Source: the human T2T-CHM13v2.0 reference genome, Homo sapiens. From it: a stretch of 64,000 nt of DNA. This document shows, piece after piece, positions 1 to 14,393 of this stretch; the stretch's first letter is position 1, and every line of letters begins with the position of its first letter. A program made the translations under genes and the position numbers. The stretch is from NCBI RefSeq assembly GCF_009914755.1, contig NC_060930.1; one strand, 5' to 3'. Below the pieces are notes generated by a model. That model saw only the letters and a program-made list of their open reading frames with translations, made no database searches and was not told the origin of the DNA.

Positions 1-206
1 GGTTCAAGCGATTATCCTGCCTCAGCCTCCTGAGTAGCTGGGATTACAGGCGCCCGCCACCACGCCGAGCTAGTTTTTGTATTTTTAGTAGAGATGGGGT
101 TTCACCATCTTGTCCAGGCTGGTCTCAAACTCCTGACCTCAGGTGATCCACTCGCCTTGGCCTCCCAAAGTTCTGGGAATACAGGCATGAGCCACCGTGC
201 CTGGCT
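1..206 (-). mobile_element. AluS (partial, cut by window edge)
   Basis: Reverse-complement Alu with tttttgtatttttagtagag linker, ending gagccaccgtgcctggc. Confidence 0.95.
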
Positions 207-572
207 GGATTTCAGTGTTTTTAAAACTTTATGTCCTTTTTAGGAGGGGTGTTTTGAGACAGATATTTTGGACTCTCTTTCAAAATAACTAACCTACCAG
301 GAACTACAAGTTATTTATTTAGCAATAATATCTTGAAAGGTGTTTAAACACACACTTTTATTTTAGCATTGTGATTTAAATAACAAAGGCTATTTCTTTA
401 CATTGGTCTGAGTCTTATTTGAATAGAGTCATATTTACACTGTCTGTTCCTTAGTTACTTTATATAAATTTTTGAAGCAGTCTCAGTCTTGGCTGGTTAG
501 GCTTTTTTGTTCTTTTAAATGGCTGTTCACTGTAAACGACTTTGAACTTTGTGTGTTTGAAATTTTTAATAA

Positions 573-755
573 TGTTGGGAAAATATATATTCAGCCAATA
601 TGTCTGCTTTATTTCTAACAATCAATTGGTGACCCAACCCCTTCCACCAAAAACCAGAGAGACATAGATTAGAAGGAAGGAACTATGTCATGGTCACTCT
701 TTTGGTAGTGACTGTTATAGCATATTTTAAGAAATAAAAGTAAAATTTTAAGCCC
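573..755 (+). repeat. Source copy of a ~180-bp dispersed local duplication (second copy at 1961-2450)
   Basis: Aligns by eye to 1961-2074 plus 2378-2450, e.g. tctgctttatttctaacaatca and cagagagacatagattagaaggaaggaactatg. Confidence 0.9.
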
Positions 756-1405
756 CCCAGCCAAGGGAACCCTGGAGAAACCTTGGAAGTTGAGTTCCCA
801 GCCATGATGGAATGGGAGGTTGGACATGCCTCATTATGCCCCATCCCTTGCTAACTGCCATTAGGCTAAACAGAAATGAGCCCTCAGGAAAGACTCATTC
901 CATCCCTGATATCAACCAACCACCTGATGCTCACCCTTCCCTTTGCAGTTTCCACCCAACAGTTTACCAACATTCCCTCCTGACAAGAGACTACTAACTA
1001 CAGAGTGGTTCAGGCCAGTCTATGGAGGATGCGCAGTGAGGGTTTTCATATTCTCTGCTTCACTATCCGATGCCGGAAAGCTCCACCTTTGGATCATGCT
1101 AATGCCGCCATTTTTTTACACGTGACTCATGAAGGGACGTGAACCTTAATTGCATGTGTGCATGCTTCTCCTCTCATAAATATTCATGACTCCTCCTATA
1201 GCTTATTAAATATGTGTATTTGGCTACCCTGTTCAGCATAAATTCCTGTTTCCTTTGCTCCTCCCTCAAAGTGTCTGTTTCTGGCTTCTGGGCAGAGGCT
1301 ACACTTCCTAGTCTATCAGAATGGCCATCCGGCAGGCTGCAACCCTTTATGAGAAATAAAGCTTCTCTTTCCAGATTTATGAACCTCATCATTTTTCAGC
1401 TGACA
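735..1405 (+). mobile_element. ERV1 solo LTR, MER39/MER39B-like
   Basis: Starts aaaattttaagcccccc...ccaagggaaccc, has AATAAA near the 3' end and ends cagctgaca; resembles the recalled MER39 consensus. Confidence 0.65.
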
Positions 1406-2074
1406 ATCCATAATTTGAGTTTTGGACTGCTAGTTTTGGGTTACTTGTTTCTTTTGAACCAGGAGGTCACAGTTTCAACTACATTGCAGGGTAGTGCACT
1501 TGCCCTCATTTTAACAGAAGGACTTGGATATTCCATTTAGCTGGAAATGAAAAGAGAAACGCGTATGACTCCTCTACCTGATAGGACATGTTTACTAATG
1601 AAAACAGTTAGAAATACAAGATCAAAAGGATCGGTGTCTAGGGCAGACTTTTCTAAACTTATGCCTCTGTTGGAAATATTTCAGAGGGGTAAACCTTACA
1701 TTCACTCTACAAAACTTAGTGAGTATATACTGCATGCCATACCATGGGCTGTTCTAAGCAGTCGGGGGAAAGTGATGACAAGATAGAAGAGGTTCCTGCC
1801 CTGACAGAGCTTATATTCTTGTGATGAGAGAAAGACACAGTAAGAAAATTAATCAGACAATTTCAGATAGTGATAAATGTTGTGAGGTACCTGAGTAATA
1901 GCTAGAATACCCTGCTGCTTTACGAAGGGTTAGGGAATACCTACTGCTTTACCAAACCTTTGTTGGGAAAGTATAGATTTAGTCAATATTTCTGCTTTAT
2001 TTCTAACAATCATTTAGTGACCCAGCCCCCTCCACCAAAAATCAGAGAGACATAGATTAGAAGGAAGGAACTAT

Positions 2075-2377
2075 GGCTGGGTGCAGTGGCTCATGTGTAC
2101 GATCCCAGCACTTTGGGAGGCCGATGCGGGTGGATCACTTGAGGTCAGGAGTTCGAGACCAGCCTGGACAACATGGTGAAACCCCATCTCTACTAAAAAT
2201 ACAGAAATTAGCTGGGCATGGTGGCACACACCTGTAATCCTAGTTACTCAGGAGGCTGAGGCAGGAGAATTGCTTGAATGCGGGAGGCGGAGGTTGGAGG
2301 TTGCAGTGGGCCAAGATCACACCACTGCACTCCATCCTGGGTGACAAAGCAAGGCTCTGTCTTAAAAAAAAAAAAAA
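2075..2377 (+). mobile_element. AluS with poly(A) tail and TSD (gaaggaactat)
   Basis: Full dimeric Alu, A-tail 2364-2377, flanking direct repeat. Confidence 0.95.
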
Positions 2378-2817
2378 GAAGGAACTATGTTGTTGTCAGT
2401 CTTTTGGTGGTGCGTGTTATAGTATATCTTGAGAAATAAAATTCTAAACCCTTGGTAAAGCATCAGTTACTCTTTACCAAAGGTTAGGGAAGGCCTCTGT
2501 GAGGAGGTGATATTTGAGCCAAATCCCAAATGATGTGAAGAAATTTTCCATGAAAAAATTTGGGAATCTTGAAGACTGAAAATCTGTGAGGTAAAGTGAA
2601 TCTTGAATAGTGCTGTCCTGTTTTGAGGGGTGAGGGACTCAAAGGAGACAGAAGTGCTCTGAGATTAGGTGAAGGCTTCTGGCCATGCCAGCAACTAGTT
2701 GCTTATGGCCTGAGGAACCTGCTTTCCTCATGCATAAAATGACAAAGTTGGACCAGGCACCTCCAGACTCTCTTTTGTCTCTTGTACTTTGAATTTATTT
2801 GACATTTATTGGCATTT

Positions 2818-2905
2818 TTCTTTATTTTTATGATTTACAAGGGTACAAGTGTAGTTTTGTTACATGGATATATTGTGTAGTGGTGAAGTCTAGAGTAACC
2901 ACCTG
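2818..2905 (-). mobile_element. Very short L1 (L1PB/L1MA-like) 3' end with 14-bp TSD
   Basis: gggtacaagtgtagttttgttacatggatatattgtgtagtggtgaagtc; atttattggcattt at 2804-2817 and 2906-2919. Confidence 0.75.
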
Positions 2906-5900
2906 ATTTATTGGCATTTAATGGAGGATTATTAGTTGGTAAAAATGCATTATTTTTGTAACCAGATAGATGTCAAAGGGCAAAATTTACCCAGTAATAC
3001 TAATTTTTAAAATGAGATTTATATAAGAGTTAGTGATCTGTTATACTTGTCTAAAAACAGTGGAAACTGTATTAGTTAATTCAGTGGGCTAATATAGTTT
3101 TAATAATGAAAGGACATCTTAACTCACCCCTAACCTTTCAACAATAATGAGAAATAAGCTATAAGTTATGCCAAATTGTATGATGGTTTTCATGAAATAG
3201 CCCAAACTTAGACAACTCATTTAGGCTTTGCAGATGCAAACTGTGATAGATCTTCCTTCTCTTTCATTCTTGGTGATTTATGTGTCCGGTACATTGTTGT
3301 GTTTTCTATAAAAAGAAAAAAAAATTAAAACATAGTTGGAAGCCAAAGTCGATTTAACCTGGATAGATATAGCTTTCTAGTTGTAGAGGAAATGCTAAAA
3401 ATCTCATTGTGGCAGTGTATTGCTTTCTTGGAAGGCTTGATAATTGTTACTTAGTTTAGTTTTGATTTATATTTAGTTTTGCTCAAAGCAGGAATTTGAA
3501 AAGCTTTATGAAACATAGACATATACTTTCATTTTTATCAATTAATGAAATTACATACTTGCTAAACTAAACATCTGTTGTGTTGCAAGTGCTAGGGATG
3601 CGGTTACCACTCACAGTCCAGTGGATGTAAGTAGTAACTACGTTAGCTCAGAGAAAAATTTCAGAAGAAATGGAGCCAACAGTTCCTAAAATGAAGTTTG
3701 CATTCTGTCAGCAAAAGGTTAGCAGATGGGTTTGCCACTTTAAAGAGCTTTGGAATAGCTTTATTATTTCATATCCTTAACATGAAGAGATGCATGCTCT
3801 TTTTGTAAATGCTAATTGTTTTAAAAGTTGAAAAGAAAACCTTTGGAAAACTCAGAAATCTTCCTTGAAATAATTTTACTCAGAGCATTGGCCTCTCCCT
3901 GGTTTAGGAATCATTCTTGCCAGAGATTCAATCTCGAAAGTAAGTTGGAGGTGGGAAGGGGAGGATGGGAGAACTCAAATCATCGAGCACATGTGTTCCA
4001 GAAAACTGGAGCTATGGAAAATTTCTACCTGATGTGCCGTCATTGTGTTTTGTGGAATTGGCAGAAGCTGTATAGTCAGTCAATCATTCTGTGCCTATTG
4101 TTTCAGTAATGCCGCCTAAAAGGAAAATTTTAAGAAAATGTCTGATGAAAGACTGATGTAATAACTTTACCCTCGGAGCCAGAGGGAATTACTACATGAT
4201 TTTAATTAGGGGTGTGGTTAATTTTCATTTTGAAAATTTCACTCTGACCTTGGTATAAATTAGGGAAGGGGCAAGAATGGCAGCAGAAACAACAGTGGAG
4301 ATGTATTAATAGTTTAGGGAAAAGGAAATGAAGACTGAAATTAAGATGAAGGGGTAGATGTGAAAATCTTTCCTATGTGGACTTAACAGATGTCTAGAAT
4401 ATTTTGCTGTTACTGAGGTGTTTTTCGTTTGCCTCTATTAGAAAGCATACTATATAGATTGACAGAAGTGACTGAAAAAGCCCACTCTGTCTGCTCTGTT
4501 TTCAGAGCACTGACTTTTGAAATGTCTAGATAAATCATTTAAATCGTTTTAGAACACAGCTTTGGTTCTGAGACATGAAATCTTTTGAACAATGAAAATG
4601 GCACTTTGTAACAGGATTTGACATTAACAGATAAAGGATGTATTAAAGTATTAAAGTGTTTTGTTTATAGAATTTGATAACCTTGATAACATCTTATATG
4701 TTACATATATGTTACTTAGTATTTTTTTAATACTTAGTACTTAGTATTTTAATACTTAGTATTTTTCAGGGATACTGAAAGTCTGTTGATTGTGCTAAAA
4801 TTGCAGCAGATTAATTGTCTCTATTGTATTTTAAATTAGTAACTGTCGACATGTTGACTCTTGTACAAAATTGGGAAAGCTTCTCCATTATTATTAGAAT
4901 ATGGCACTTTGGTCAACTTTTTTTCAAAAATATAAAAGATATTTTTAGATGATAGTTTTATTTGCATAATATAAAAATTAGATTTGATGAATTAAATGTT
5001 TTCCATTTTTAGGAAATTGTAATTAATGTATGAAAAAAATTAAAAAGAGAGCATACACTATATAAACCCAAAAGATATCTTTCAGTTTGTTGCTTGTCTT
5101 AAGGTTCTTTTTCGTGAATTGTTAAATGATTGATTAGTAAAATATGAGAACCATTTTGATCATAATTGAATCTTGAAGAGATTTATCTTTTATTTTTGTT
5201 TTGATGTTTTATTAAGTTTACCTCAAGCTATCTGATTACTTTGAAAGAATGTCGTTAATTTCCTTGTGTCAAATTCTTTTAAAAAGGCATTCTCTTAAGA
5301 ACAGAGAAGAAAATAGAGATACATAGTTATATAATTAATATTATTGTAATAAAATAGATCATAAATTCACATTTTGATGATATGCTGTCAAGTTGGTACA
5401 CAGTATTGGCTCTGACTTCTTATTTCCTAGCTCAATTTGAGGTCATATTTCAATATTAAATACTTTGAGTTGCTTCTGTATACTTAAAAGATATCCTTGG
5501 TTCCTTATAGTCATGTGGCTGACAGAATAAAGTACATACACTTCTGTATGTAACCAGTTTCACAGTGGCTTAGCTATAAATCAGAATTTATCTTTCCAAT
5601 TTATTCATCATCTTAGGACTCGGTGCTACAAGATAGGTTGTTATACAGTTTTACATTTAGAAGTTTTTCCTTTTTTATTTACAAAGATAATAGTCTCATA
5701 AGTGAATGCTTTTTCATGAACTCAGGACACTCCCTTTTACTCTCTGTTTTGCTCACCTTTTTCTTTACTTTTAAACTTAGTGACATACCCTATGTCCTTA
5801 GAACCATGTAGCTAGCTTTGATCATGTAATGTGTCAGGTTTTTATATAATTTCTTGATTTGAAAAAAGAGAAATAGAACCTTATATTTTTAAGTATTGCC

Positions 5901-5996
5901 TCCCTATTTGCCCTTCAGCTCGTTTTACATTTAGTATTCAAATATGTTCGGTGTTCGGCCTTTGCTGTTTTTACTAATTTTCTTCCCTGCTTTTAG

Positions 5997-6064
5997 TTAA
6001 CAGCCAGGTCCTTGCCTGCTGTGCAGTCTGATGAAAGACTTCAGCCTCTGCTCAATCACCTCAG
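5997..6064 (+). CDS. PRIM2: PRIM2-like coding exon (68 bp): LTARSLPAVQSDERLQPLLNHL(S)
   Basis: Polypyrimidine tract + ttttag acceptor, AG|gtaatc donor. Translation matches recalled p58 residues ~232-254 with no change. Confidence 0.93.
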
Positions 6065-6516
6065 GTAATCTAAAGGCACAGCCTTGTTATGCTTATAAAT
6101 CCAAGTGCAGTAAAGTGAATAAAGTATATTAAAGTGGTGAAACCGCTTCAATTACTAAAAACTTATTTTTTTTTCTTGCTTTCATTCCATTATTCAAATT
6201 GAAGTTCTTAGTACCATGTACTTGTTACCCTTGACTTTAGGGCACTGTAGAAAGCTCTTTTAATTCAACAACAGTGTGCTGAACTGCTTGACAAGTTTAA
6301 GTTAAATGAGTAGAGATAACTAACTTTACAGAAAGATCTCAAATGAATGAGCTATTTACGTAAATACAAGGTTAAGGCATACTTTTATTGAGGATAGATG
6401 AGTTAGATGGAGTTTGTTTCTAAATACAAAAATAATATAGTCTCATTATTTAAAAAATAAAGTTAGAAAATACAGGAAAGGAAAAGGAAAAACCTATCAT
6501 TACTACTCAGAAATAA

Positions 6517-6848
<332 letters not shown>

Positions 6849-8374
6849 TTTCTATGTTTTTGTTGTTGTTGTTGTCGTTGTTGTTTTTCACTTAGTGTTG
6901 AAATTATAGTTTATGTGACTATTTTTTCCATTTTTATAAATATTGTAATATTTTTTCCCTTAGTATTAAAATCTTTCTAAAAACATTATTGTTAGTGACT
7001 ACATTATATTTTCTTGTATATCTGTACTATAGCATATTCATCTCCCTTTGGGAAGCTTTAGACCATTTCCAGTTTTTTATTACTACTATAAAATAATGCT
7101 ATATGTTAACCTTTATTTGTATTTTAGATCATTTTCTTAGGGTAGGTTTTCAGAATTGGGATTACTTTGTCAAAGCGTGTGAACCATTTTAAAGATTTAA
7201 GTGTATACGTATATTTCTTTTTCAAAATCTTATTCTACCTATACACTCATATTTGTAAAAGACTGCCATGTAACTATACTCTGAACAAGATAGGGCAGTC
7301 AAAACCGTTGCTAATAGGTTAGACATAGAGATACTGTTGTGATCCTGTGCATTTTGTTGGTAATAATAATTCATTTTCCTTATTTGTGAGGTGGGATTAA
7401 CTACCTGTATTCTTTGCTTACTTATTGATAGCATCTCCTGATCTTATTTGCTTTTACATACTTTAAAGGATAGTGACTCTTTGTTGTATTTGTTACATAG
7501 TTTTTTTCTAAAATTCTAAAATTGTATTAGTCAACATACCTACATATTCAGGTTTTATGTAGTCAAGCACCAATAGTGTTTTCCTTTATGGTTTTGAAAA
7601 ATTCTTTTTAAACTTCTCTTTCAGAAGTGTGGATAGATTTTTACTTTCACCAGAAAGTTTTAGTTTTAGTTTTCTTTTTCTTTCTTAGTATTTCTTTATT
7701 TTTCCTTTCTTTCTTCCTCCCCTCTCCACTTTCCTTGCCTTTTCTTCCTGCTCTCCAGTAACTGTTCCTTCCCAGACAGCTTTTTAACCTTTGTATAATT
7801 GTTTTGTTGGGTTACGAAGAAGTTGTAACCTTTGTGTAATTGTTTTGTTGGGTTGATCAAGTCTAATATTTCAGCAGGGACTGAATAGCATACATTTTTA
7901 TGTATAACAACATTTATACATGATTGTTAAATTTACTAGAGCTCTGTGTTAGTGAGTTAAGAATCTCAGAAATTATTTTTGAGTCTCTTGCTTAATGCCC
8001 ACCTGCCACATTCAACTCTGTTGGCAATTTTATCTCTTAAGTATATCTCTTGCTATCATAGCATCTTGTCTGCTTGCTTTGCCCTTTCTGATATATTTCA
8101 CAGCATTGCCATATGTGTTTATATTATTCATTGGCTTAAGACCCATCTCTGCCTCTCCAATTTCATTCTGGAGGAAGTCCGAATTTCTTAGCCTGGCATA
8201 AGAAGTCCTTCTGGAAGAGGCCTGGGCTATCTGTCTCTTTGGACTCCTGTTTTAACACTGAGATCCTAATTTCACCAAATGCCGTGAAGTTCCTTTAACA
8301 CAACATGATTTTTGCTCACTCACCTCTACGGCGTTACAAATATTTTTCCTTCTGCCACTTCTATTTATGTAAAT

Positions 8375-8560
8375 TTGTAGATATATAATATATATATAAT
8401 TTTAAAACATTTTAAATGTATTTAATATAATTTTAAGGTATTTTAAATGTATTTAATTTAATTTTAAAACATTTTAAATATATAATATAAATATATATTT
8501 TAGAAATATATATTTGAAATATATTGTAGATGTATATAAATATGCAAATCTATTTATATT
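8375..8560. repeat. AT-rich low-complexity tract
   Basis: Nearly pure A/T with repeated ttttaaa/atatat units. Confidence 0.8.
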
Positions 8561-10299
8561 CTCCTCATGCTCCACTTTTATAACAACTTTTGCTTGTCTT
8601 TTAAAACTCATCTCAAACATTACCTCTTCTGATAAGTTTTCCCTGACCATTAATTAGTTCACCTCCGTAGTCTGAATTGGAAGTCTTTTATAGATATTTT
8701 CATAATATCCCATGCCTTCCTCTGTATTACAGAATTTGTGATATTGTTATTGTTTGTTTACTGTTTGATTTCTCCATTATAGTATGCTTGAAAGCTTGTA
8801 AAGTGATGTTCATATTTGTATTTTCAATAGCGGAGACAGTATCTGGTGTGTGATAGGTATTATATGTTTTGTTGAATGAATGAATACAAGTTATATTAGT
8901 GAAATTTTCTTGTTTTTTCTGCATAAAGTTTTTATAATTTATAAATCATAATGTCAAATTTTTTTTCCTAGAAAACCACTGGTTCAAAAGGTAAAAACCT
9001 AAAGGGTAGAATCTAGCTTCTAGTTAATCTCACAGTTGATTCTGAGAGATAATGATGGATTCTCCTTCCTCCATCTGAGTATGGTAATTGCCAGCTAGAA
9101 TTTAGATTAACTACTGGCACATCTCTTTGAGTCCTTGAAAGTTGCACAAACTGTACATTCATTTAAGGGCTTTTATTCTCTGTGGATTTCACTCATGACT
9201 GGTTGCTAGGCAACCAGGACTGGATGCTACATGTAATGTGCACCCACTGCTGTTGCTTTATTATTATTATTAAACAAAACGGTTTCTCATTTTATTACCA
9301 TGTCAGAGACATGTATATGTCGGGTGGCAGCTGATGTGCATAGTTTGACACTTCCTGTTCTACAAAGTAACCTTGTATAACGCCTTTCAAGAATATTGAA
9401 TTGTTGCTTTCGCTTGTCTAAATGTAATGTTTTTATTTTATCTTCCTTTTGCTTAGTTCTAAATAGGAAATAATATTATTTGGTTTGAGAGATTTTAATA
9501 ATAATTTTGTTAGAAAAAAATTGATTTGCATGAACTGTGTAATTTAAATGTTACCTAGAGGCGGATGGACATTAGGAGGTTGTTACCGAGATCATTATTA
9601 GGTCTAATTTTGTTTATTGCCTCTAATGAAGAAAGAGGAATGATGAGTAGCATTTTAATTAAATTTGTCAATAAAACTAATTTGGGAGATAATACAAATA
9701 CCTGTAAAAATTGAAGTAGCAATACAGAGAAATTCTCAAATCATTTTACAGGATTTAGAGACTCAAAGAGAATTAAGGTAACACTGCCAATCAAATAATC
9801 TAGAATATCGCTTAACAATATATATTATTTTGAGACTGCAGAAGTGATGTGTCCAAACTGTTTTAGTTGAATCCAATTCTCAAGTACAGAAAAACATCGT
9901 GCTTCAATATCTTATGGCAGTACAACTGTGTTTTTAATTCATTAGTATCGTCCATTCACTCATTAATTACTTAGTGCCCGTTATGTGCTTAGAATTTAAA
10001 GAAAACACACAATCTCTGTTTTCAGGGAGTTGGGTTTGATTTCATTTGAGAGATAGGCACTTGAACAAGTTATAAAATTTGTATCATTTTCTATCAGAAT
10101 TAAATACAATGTACATAATTTTGTTAATTGAACTGTCTCCCTCGTGGAATTATCTCCTCAAGTAATCGGGCCATAACTTAATTGTTTTGGTTTCCGTGCA
10201 TTCTAGCACAGTGGCTCACAGTGGGAGCTCAGATTGGACTGAAATTTATTCTTTTTTTGTTGTTTTATTCTTAGTCAGCTTTCTCAGGCTGAATGGACT

Positions 10300-10900
10300 G
10301 AACTGTAATCTCACTTGAGGGATAATATTGTCATTAACTAAGAAGGAGAATAAAGAAAGGAAGACAAGGCAATTAGGGAATGAATATGATTGCTTAGATG
10401 GTAATTTCAGTAGTTTCAGACATTTTAAGCTTGAGATACCCGTGGGGACCTATGTGGGGGATGTTTAGTAAGCAGTTCAATACAGACCCACAGTTGAAGA
10501 GTGAGGTTTACATCAGGGAGACATTTGCTAATCATCACTGTGCAGGTCTTGGTTAAAATAAAGGGAATGGTTGAGATCACCCAGGAAGAGAGTATAGAGA
10601 GACAAGAAAAGGGTGAAGGGTTCTGAATCGAACCCACAGAATATCAGTGTTTAAATGACTTGTGATGGGCAGTGTGGGAGTTGGGATATGAGAAACCGGT
10701 AAAAATATCAGGGAGGAGCCTTGAACCAAAAAGGATAGTGGTATGATGGGTGCTAATGGTATGGATACAAGTCCAAGTCTTATGAGGATTTGAGGAATAA
10801 ATAAGAAATGAGGCTGTGGAGATATAGGGAATAGGCTACTCTTGGTAGAGCTTAATTCTGAGGACATGTAAGGAAAAAGGACTGCATCTGTGAGCTTCAT
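10300..10900 (-). mobile_element. L2 fragment
   Basis: Degenerate L2 motifs (ggttgagatcacccaggaagagagtatagagaga...); boundaries approximate. Confidence 0.55.
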
Positions 10901-11190
10901 GGTTGAAGAAAGTGTTTTATTTTTTCCTTAAGATTGGTAAGATGAGCATATTTACAGGTTAAGGCAGAAATGAGTAGTATGGGAGTAAGACGGACTAATT
11001 GAAGGGGCAATGTTTTAGGAGGGGTAGAAGGGGATAGGCCAGGAAATCAAACTGACTGGAGTTTAAAAAGTACTTTCCAATCTAGCTTTTTGGTGCATAC
11101 TCAGAACAATCCAGTGTGGATGGTAGATGGTTATTTATCATAATCCCTATTTTACAGGTTGGTGATGGAGCCTCATGATGTTCTCATTAA

Positions 11191-11523
<333 letters not shown>

Positions 11524-12228
11524 AAGAAAACCTGATTTTTCTAATGAAAAATACTGCCTTTCCCTCTCCTCAAAAGAGATGAATTAATTATTTCATAAGA
11601 CTATACCATTTTTCAAAATTGATACCAGGAACTTTTCTATTGGAAGAAATAAACTTACTTAGACTTACAATAATATGAAGTTTAGAGAGAATTTGTATAA
11701 ATCATTATTTCTGCTTTCACCAAATTGCATATGATTAGATATGTAATCTAAGGAGCCTGCATCTCATTGTGGCTTTACTGTCATTCTTATGGTTATATAT
11801 CACTGCATTTTCTAGGGTGAATTATATCGTTCACTGATTTGGTAGTTTGGAGATACATAAAGGTCTTGGAATATGTTCCCATGAATGTAGAAGTTTATTG
11901 TAAATAAGTATCTTTGCTATCCTAATGATGGTACCATGGGATAATATTTATAAAAATGGCATTAGGCTAGCAAGTGTGCATGATAAAGATGTTTATTTTT
12001 ATTTATTATCTCACTTATAAATATGAAGTATAAATAGGTACAACTAGAGAGGAAAACTTGCAGCCCATATTATACATGTGATAACTTTTAGTTGTATGAT
12101 TGAGAATTTTTCCCCCTTAAAAATAACACCTACAGTGTATGTATCTTCCTCCTTTATCCCTTGACTTCAAGATATGAAGTGCATTGGGGGACAGCATATT
12201 ATAAGTCACTGTAATAGTTGCTATTATT

Positions 12229-12503
12229 GGCTGGACGCGGCAGCTTATGCCTGTAATCCCAGCACTTTGGGAGGCTGAGGCAGGCAGATCACTTGAGGCC
12301 AGGAGTTCGAGACCAGCCTGTCTCTACTAAAAATACAAAAATTAGCCCACTGTGGTGGTGCACACCTGTAATCCCAGCTGCTCAGGAGGCTGAGGCAGGA
12401 GAATCACTTGAACCTAGGAGGCAGAGGTTGTAGTGAGCCAGGATCGCGCCACTGCACTCCAGGCTGGGCAACAGAGCAAGATTCTGTCTCAAAAAAAAAA
12501 AAA
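12229..12503 (+). mobile_element. AluS with a ~20-bp internal deletion in the left arm
   Basis: gagaccagcctg joined directly to tctctactaaaaatac; A tail. Confidence 0.93.
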
Positions 12504-14393
12504 TTGTTATTATTTAATGTTTTGTCATTAAAGAATAACTCATTTTTAAAATGTGTATCTGTCACACCACAATTTTGTGAGCATATTTCAGCCCAAGAAT
12601 GAATTAGAAATCAAACAAAGATAAAGCAAGCTAAGACAAGTATTACTTATAGTAAGTACTTGGACTGCATCATATGGATTAACTTTTAGTGCATACTGAT
12701 TTTGCAAGCAGATGTTTATACAAACTGTTATTTTAAAATCATTTAAAGTAATAAAAGCATCTTCCTTCAGTTGGTATTATTACTACTTTTGTAAAATTCC
12801 TTTTCCGAAGGCAGTACATTTTGTTAATATGCACACATTTCTACTTATTTTTCTAAAGAATATGCTTTCACAAATTTTTTATCAGACATATAATCTCTGT
12901 AAGAAAGCTTTTCTTACTATCCAAAGTGGTACAGCTATCATTGTTTTCTTTTTGAATTAGTTCTCATTTTGAAATCAGAAAATTGTGTGGGCATTCATGT
13001 GTCTATTGTGGTAAATATGAAAATAAACGCCAGAAAATGGTTTAGTAGATAGGGGCTTCATCAGTTGAGGGCTGAAATGAAAGCCTCATTAGCCTGGTCC
13101 ACATGCTTCAGTTGTTTGTTAGCTCTTTCTCATCACCTGTTTCCAGTCTCTGGCAGTACCTTGAACATTTATTTCCTTTTCTACATGCAGCAGCACAAAC
13201 TTTTAGTTCACTGATTATAGTGAAGGTTTTCCAGGTGCTGTGTAAGATATTAATAAATTAGAATATATTGTTTTCCATTGTCACCTTTGAATTACAATTT
13301 TTTCACATCTGTATGGAAAATGTTAATGCCTTCTTAGAGGTATACTTGTGAATAGTCAGCATTTTGTTAGAATCAGCCCGTTGTGTTAAGGGCACTATAA
13401 TTGGTACTGATTATGTACAAAATAACTAATAGATGTGGTCCCTTAACTCAAGGTGCTTATATTTTTAAGGGGAAAGAGGACCAAAATTTATAAATAGTTT
13501 CCCCCTCCCCACCCACACACATACCCAAAGCTGCACTGGAATAGTTGCTGCAAGTTAAGTAGATAGTAAAGAGAGTGATAGGAAGTCTTATGAGAAGCAG
13601 TATCTGCATGTGGATTATGTTACAAATTTAATGTCATTTAATGTTTTTGGTAAAATGTATAGTCACAATATATAAAATCACCTCCCTCCCTAATGCAACC
13701 AACACTAAGCTTCTTTTGTGAACTTGATGCATACTTTAATTATAAAGTGGTTAACTTTTAAAATTTTCACTTAATACGTTATAACTAGGTAATAAAGTAG
13801 AAAATTGATTTTCATGACTCCAATTTTAAGTATCTGCATAATAGTCAATCAAGAATAGATATATCTACTTTTACTTAGCCATTACCATTTTATCAGATAT
13901 GTATAGCTTTTGGGATTGAATAAACCTGTGGCAAAAAATTATAGAATGTGAACAGTTTCTGTGTGTTCAGCCAAAGTAACTGAGAAGAAATACTGTAGTA
14001 ACTTTATGTAGAAGGAATTGCATCATAGATGTTTTCCAGCAGATCAGATGGAGATAAGAACAAAGAACAGCAGCAGCCTAGGTGGTGTATAGCTTTGAAA
14101 ATACAGGGAAGTTCATTAGTCTAAAAATGCCATCTTGCCCAAGTGAGAAAGTGGCAGATTTCTTAACAAGTGAACGAGTGACTTGAAATAGGTGGAATTG
14201 AGGAAGCCAGATGTTAAAGCTTATTAGCGTGTGTAGATTAGAGCCTTTATAGCCATTTTTTCAAACACTCCCTTAGAATATTTAAAAATCACTCGTGTCA
14301 TATGTCTGTGTGCGTAAGTACATTGTATATATATTCCCTGATATTTAGCAATGACACTAGCATTTTTATATAAAGAAAATAAAAAGTGACCAG

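Noticed and set aside
4695-4770. Repeated tacttagtatttt units resembling a short array
   Set aside because: Irregular AT-rich slippage repeats without unique spacers; eukaryotic context with no cas genes, so not CRISPR
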